Both the position numbers and the translations under genes were made by a program. This document shows, piece after piece, positions 60,392-64,000 of a stretch of 64,000 nucleotides of DNA; within the stretch, counting starts at the first letter, position 1, and every line of letters starts with the position of its first letter. The DNA is from Gammaproteobacteria bacterium (GTDB lineage: Bacteria > Pseudomonadota > Gammaproteobacteria > S012-40): contig JALUUH010000053.1 in assembly GCA_027021445.1 (NCBI GenBank), positions 27,853-91,852 of the forward strand, written 5' to 3'. The notes under the pieces were generated by a model. The model made no database searches. It worked only from the letters and a program-made list of their open reading frames with translations, and was not told the DNA's origin.

Positions 60392-60846
60392 ATTATTGGC
60401 TAATGAAATCTGAACCTGATGTTTTTGGAATCGATCATTTAAAGCAGTGTCCGAATAAAACCGATCACTGGGATGGTGTTAGAAATTATCAGGCACGTAA
60501 TATGATGCGCGATGATATGAAAAAAAAGGATTTAGTTTTTTTCTATCATTCTAATTGTGGCCTGCCCGGCATCGTTGGCATTATGGAAGTGGTGAAGGAA
60601 AGTTATCCTGATTATACAGCGCTTAATCCTGAAGGGAAATACTATGATCCCAAGGCCAGCGCAGAAAATCCTCGGTGGTTTATGGTCGATGTTAAATATA
60701 AGAAAAAATTCAAGCGAACTATTTCACTCGCGGAGTTAAAAACACACTCGATGATTGAGGACATGCCGCTGGTGCGCAAAGGTAATCGTTTATCGATTAT
60801 GCCGGTTACTGAACAACAGTGGCAGTTTATTTTGAGCCTGCTCTGA
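60388..60846 (+). CDS. EVE (PUA-like) domain protein
   Basis: MNYWLMKSEPDVFGIDHL...WDGVRNYQARN...FFYHSN, a typical EVE-domain N-terminus; 152 aa. It overlaps the ygfA stop by 4 nt. Confidence 0.75.
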   Translation: MNYWLMKSEPDVFGIDHLKQCPNKTDHWDGVRNYQARNMMRDDMKKKDLVFFYHSNCGLPGIVGIMEVVKESYPDYTALNPEGKYYDPKASAENPRWFMVDVKYKKKFKRTISLAELKTHSMIEDMPLVRKGNRLSIMPVTEQQWQFILSLL

Positions 60847-60949
60847 AGCCATTAAGAAAGAAGAAACCATCGGTAAAGACGGTTGCTCTATACTGCTTGA
60901 GGGGTGGATAATCTTATGCAAAAACCGCAATAATGGCTCAGCGTATTCC

Positions 60950-61648
60950 TTATCCACATTTAGAGTCGCCGCAGTTTAAGCATGTCATGCAGCCATCCAT
61001 TTTCATTAAGGCTTTAGTGCTGCATTTCCCACATAACTGAGCGCTTGCGGGAAAATCTGAGGTAACATTTTTTTCTTTATTGCTGTTGCTTGTAGAGTTG
61101 TATTCCTGCCTTTTTTTTTCAATAAATTGCTTCTGGTGATCGTCAAGAGAGTCATCTTCAAGCAGGCCAATCATTTTCATATGGCTTTCAATAATATCGC
61201 CAATCTCAGCAACTAAGGATGGCATGTATTTACCGCCTTTTTTGAAATAACCACCGCGTGGGTCAAAGACGGCTTTCAATTCCTCAACTAAAAACGTAGA
61301 ATCTCCGCCCTTGCGGAATACCGCGGAAATAATCCGAGTCAGCGCAACTATCCATTGAAAATGATCCATGTTTTTTGAGTTAATGAAGATTTCAAAAGGT
61401 CTTCGTATCTCATGTTTTGTACCATGGTTTAAAATAACATCGTTAACAGTGACATAAAGTGAATGCTCTGATAAGGGTGTTTTTAATTTATACGTTGAAC
61501 CAAAAAGCATTTCTGGTCGGGCCAGCTTTTCATGCATTTGCTCTACGACTGGCTCTGCTTCTACCACCGGAACATCTGCCACCGGTTTTTCTTGCTCAGT
61601 GTTAATTACTTTGTAATTAATAATTTTTTTGCTGATTTGAACGGCCAT
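60950..61648 (-). CDS. nrdJb: Class II ribonucleotide reductase small C-terminal polypeptide NrdJb (split nrdJ)
   Basis: 232 aa ending in the Cys-rich tail CGKCSTKALMKMDGCMTCLNCGDSKCG. It lies immediately downstream of nrdJa. Sizes (723 + 232 aa) match the split NrdJa/NrdJb arrangement known from Pseudomonas aeruginosa. Confidence 0.65.
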   Translation of the reverse strand: MAVQISKKIINYKVINTEQEKPVADVPVVEAEPVVEQMHEKLARPEMLFGSTYKLKTPLSEHSLYVTVNDVILNHGTKHEIRRPFEIFINSKNMDHFQWIVALTRIISAVFRKGGDSTFLVEELKAVFDPRGGYFKKGGKYMPSLVAEIGDIIESHMKMIGLLEDDSLDDHQKQFIEKKRQEYNSTSNSNKEKNVTSDFPASAQLCGKCSTKALMKMDGCMTCLNCGDSKCG

Positions 61649-61676
61649 TTTTCTACCTCTTTAAGTATTTTATAAG

Positions 61677-63848
61677 CTAATGCTTTCCGTAATAGCCTTC
61701 TTTAAGCGCGTCATATAAATTAGCGGCAGTATGCGTTTCACCATCATACTCAACTTCTTCATTGCCTTTAACTTCGATGCTGCTTCCGTCTTCTAAGGTA
61801 AAGCGATAGGTCGTATTTTCAAGATCATTTTCTTTTACGAGAACACCTTGAAAAGCTTCGGGATTAAAACGAAAAGTGGTACAGCCTTTAAGACCTTGCT
61901 CGTAAGCATAAAGATAAATATCTTTAAAGCTATTGTACTCGAAATCAGTGGGAACATTAGCCGTTTTAGAAATCGATGAATCAATCCATTTTTGTGCAGC
62001 AGCTTGAATATCAACATGTGCGCTTGGAGAGATATCATCAGCCGTAATGAAATAATCAGGTAGCTTTGCTTTTTCATCGTCTGAATAAGGAGCGGCTTCT
62101 GGATTGATCATTTCTCGATAAGCTAATAGCTCGAACGAATAAACATCGACTTTTTCCTTGCTCTTCTTCCCTTCGCGAATAACATTGCGCGAATATTGGT
62201 GTGCGAAACTAGGCTCAATACCATTGCTTGCATTATTGGCTAATGAGAGTGAAATAGTTCCGGTTGGTGCGATTGAGCTATGATGGGTAAAACGTGCGCC
62301 AATGTCAGCAAGTTCTGCAACGAGTTCCGGTTCGACTTCAGCAATGCGCTGCATGTAGTCGCTATACTTTGCATGCAGTATTCGACCAGGAACTTTGTCG
62401 CCCACTTTATAGCCATCATCAAGAATTTGAGGTCGTTGATGAATCATTTTAGGCGTAAGCTCGAACATTTCGAGCATGACTGGTGCCGCACCTTTTTCTT
62501 TAGCTAAGTCGAGAGCGGCGCGCCAGCCTTCAATCGCGAGTTCCTTGGTCACTTGATCCGTAAACTCAAGGGATGCAGATGCGCCGTATTCCATTTCCAT
62601 CATGGTTAGCGTAGAACCTAGGCCAAGATAGCCCATGCCATGTCGGCGTTTATTTAATATTTCGTCACGTTGACCACTCAATGGAAGACCATTTATTTCA
62701 ACCACATTATCTAACATGCGAGTGAATATATTGACGGTTTTGCGATATTCATCCCAGTCAAAAAAAGCATCGTTAGTAAAGGGTTGGCGCACAAACTTGG
62801 TGAGATTAATCGAACCAAGCAAGCAAGATCCATAAGGCGGGAGGGGTTGTTCGCCACATGGATTTGTTGCTCGGATATCTTCGCAGAACCAATTGTTATT
62901 CATCTTATTAACTTTGTCGATGAGGATAAACCCAGGTTCCGCAAAGTCATAGGTTGATGTCATGATCATATCCCATAAGCGCCGTGCCTTTATGGTACGA
63001 TAAATTTTACAGGCGACTAAGCCGCTGTCATTAGTAATATAGCCGTTATCAACAGGCCATTCGCGCCACACTATTTTTTCAGCATCATTTAAGCGAATGT
63101 TTTCTGTTTTTATTTCTTTTTGATTAACGGGAAAAGATAAATGCCAATCCTTATCATTTTTCACGGCTTCCATAAAATCTTCGGTAATCAATAATGATAA
63201 GTTAAATTGGCGTAATCGACCATCTTCTCTTTTAGCGCGAATGAAATCCATAACATCAGGGTGGCCTATATCAAATGTCGCCATTTGGGCACCACGTCGA
63301 CCGCCAGCGGACGAAACGGTAAAGCACATTTTGTCAAAAATATCCATGAACGACAAAGGGCCTGATGTATAGGCTCCTGCGCCTGACACATATGCACCTT
63401 TAGGGCGTAGCGTAGAAAATTCATAGCCAATGCCGCAGCCAGCTTTCAGCGTTAATCCTGCTTCGTGTACTTTGCGCAGTATGTCATCCATTGAGTCGCT
63501 AACATTGCCTGATACCGTGCAATTAATCGTTGATGTTGCAGGCTTGTACTTATAAGCACCCGCATTTGAGATAATTCGACCGGCTGGAATAGCACCGTGT
63601 TTTAATGCCCATAGAAATTTCTCTTCCCATTCTTTACGTTTTGACGGGGTAGATTCAACTTCTGCCAATGCTTTGGCGACACGTGCATAGGTAGCGTCTA
63701 TATTCGCATCGACTGCTTGGCCGAGCTTGTTTGTTAAGCGATACTTTTTTTCCCAAATATCGCTTGAGGTCGGTTGCAGCTTAATTTCACCAACTGAATT
63801 GGGCACTGCTTTTAGGAGGGTGTTACTGACTGAATTCGTAGGTGACAT
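61677..63848 (-). CDS. nrdJa: Adenosylcobalamin-dependent (class II) ribonucleotide reductase, large polypeptide NrdJa
   Basis: RNR active-site region NPCGEQPLPPYGSCLLGSINL (thiyl-radical Cys loop with general-base Glu) and the N-terminal ATP-cone-less catalytic barrel; 723 aa. Confidence 0.85.
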   Translation of the reverse strand: MSPTNSVSNTLLKAVPNSVGEIKLQPTSSDIWEKKYRLTNKLGQAVDANIDATYARVAKALAEVESTPSKRKEWEEKFLWALKHGAIPAGRIISNAGAYKYKPATSTINCTVSGNVSDSMDDILRKVHEAGLTLKAGCGIGYEFSTLRPKGAYVSGAGAYTSGPLSFMDIFDKMCFTVSSAGGRRGAQMATFDIGHPDVMDFIRAKREDGRLRQFNLSLLITEDFMEAVKNDKDWHLSFPVNQKEIKTENIRLNDAEKIVWREWPVDNGYITNDSGLVACKIYRTIKARRLWDMIMTSTYDFAEPGFILIDKVNKMNNNWFCEDIRATNPCGEQPLPPYGSCLLGSINLTKFVRQPFTNDAFFDWDEYRKTVNIFTRMLDNVVEINGLPLSGQRDEILNKRRHGMGYLGLGSTLTMMEMEYGASASLEFTDQVTKELAIEGWRAALDLAKEKGAAPVMLEMFELTPKMIHQRPQILDDGYKVGDKVPGRILHAKYSDYMQRIAEVEPELVAELADIGARFTHHSSIAPTGTISLSLANNASNGIEPSFAHQYSRNVIREGKKSKEKVDVYSFELLAYREMINPEAAPYSDDEKAKLPDYFITADDISPSAHVDIQAAAQKWIDSSISKTANVPTDFEYNSFKDIYLYAYEQGLKGCTTFRFNPEAFQGVLVKENDLENTTYRFTLEDGSSIEVKGNEEVEYDGETHTAANLYDALKEGYYGKH

Positions 63849-64000
63849 TTCATATCCTTCATTAATAACAACAAGTTGTTTATTGGGTTTTCTCTCATTT
63901 CCCGTTTTGCTGCATGCTTGTTTTATCGTATTTATGCAGCCACAACATATTGTGTTTGTGCTTAAAGGATATGCGGCGTTAGCTAATCTGTCAAGGAATG

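Overview
This 64-kb window comes from an AT-rich (roughly 40% GC) gammaproteobacterial chromosome. The gene content and order are consistent with a Legionellales-like or other intracellular lineage, but the organism cannot be named from sequence alone. Conserved housekeeping blocks are tesA/ybbA/ybbP, ffs-dnaX-ybaB-recR, purT, glgB-pgi, tsaD, rpsU-yqeY-dnaG-rpoD-tRNA(CAU), ubiI-ubiH-pepP-ygfB, zapA-6S RNA-ygfA and a split class II ribonucleotide reductase (nrdJa/nrdJb). These are interleaved with accessory and decaying regions. The window opens inside a giant TpsA/filamentous-haemagglutinin-like exoprotein gene (more than 2780 codons, 5' end outside the window) with near-identical internal repeats. 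It is followed convergently by an Ig-like/NHL-repeat lipoprotein gene. A type I restriction-modification island (hsdR-hsdS-hsdM) sits 12 bp after the tRNA downstream of rpoD. Beyond it lie an orphan half-hsdS, an uncharacterised two-gene cassette separated by an 18-bp minisatellite, a frameshifted gene and a Rieske protein. Next come juxtaposed remnants of phoB, pstB and phoU, then a greB N-terminal remnant joined to a gene for a secreted beta-helix/Fn3 surface protein that is translationally coupled to a putative outer-membrane beta-barrel. A family of about 130-280-bp composite palindromic MITE/REP-like elements occurs at five or more intergenic sites, mostly within 40 bp of a gene end. Other observations are a candidate LexA box in front of a sulA-like gene, a GGDEF protein with a degenerate active site, A9 tracts inside hsdR and hsdS, and two possibly related small hydrophobic peptide ORFs in long intergenic regions. 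Gene calls are by eye from the six-frame translations and remembered family signatures; no database search was run.
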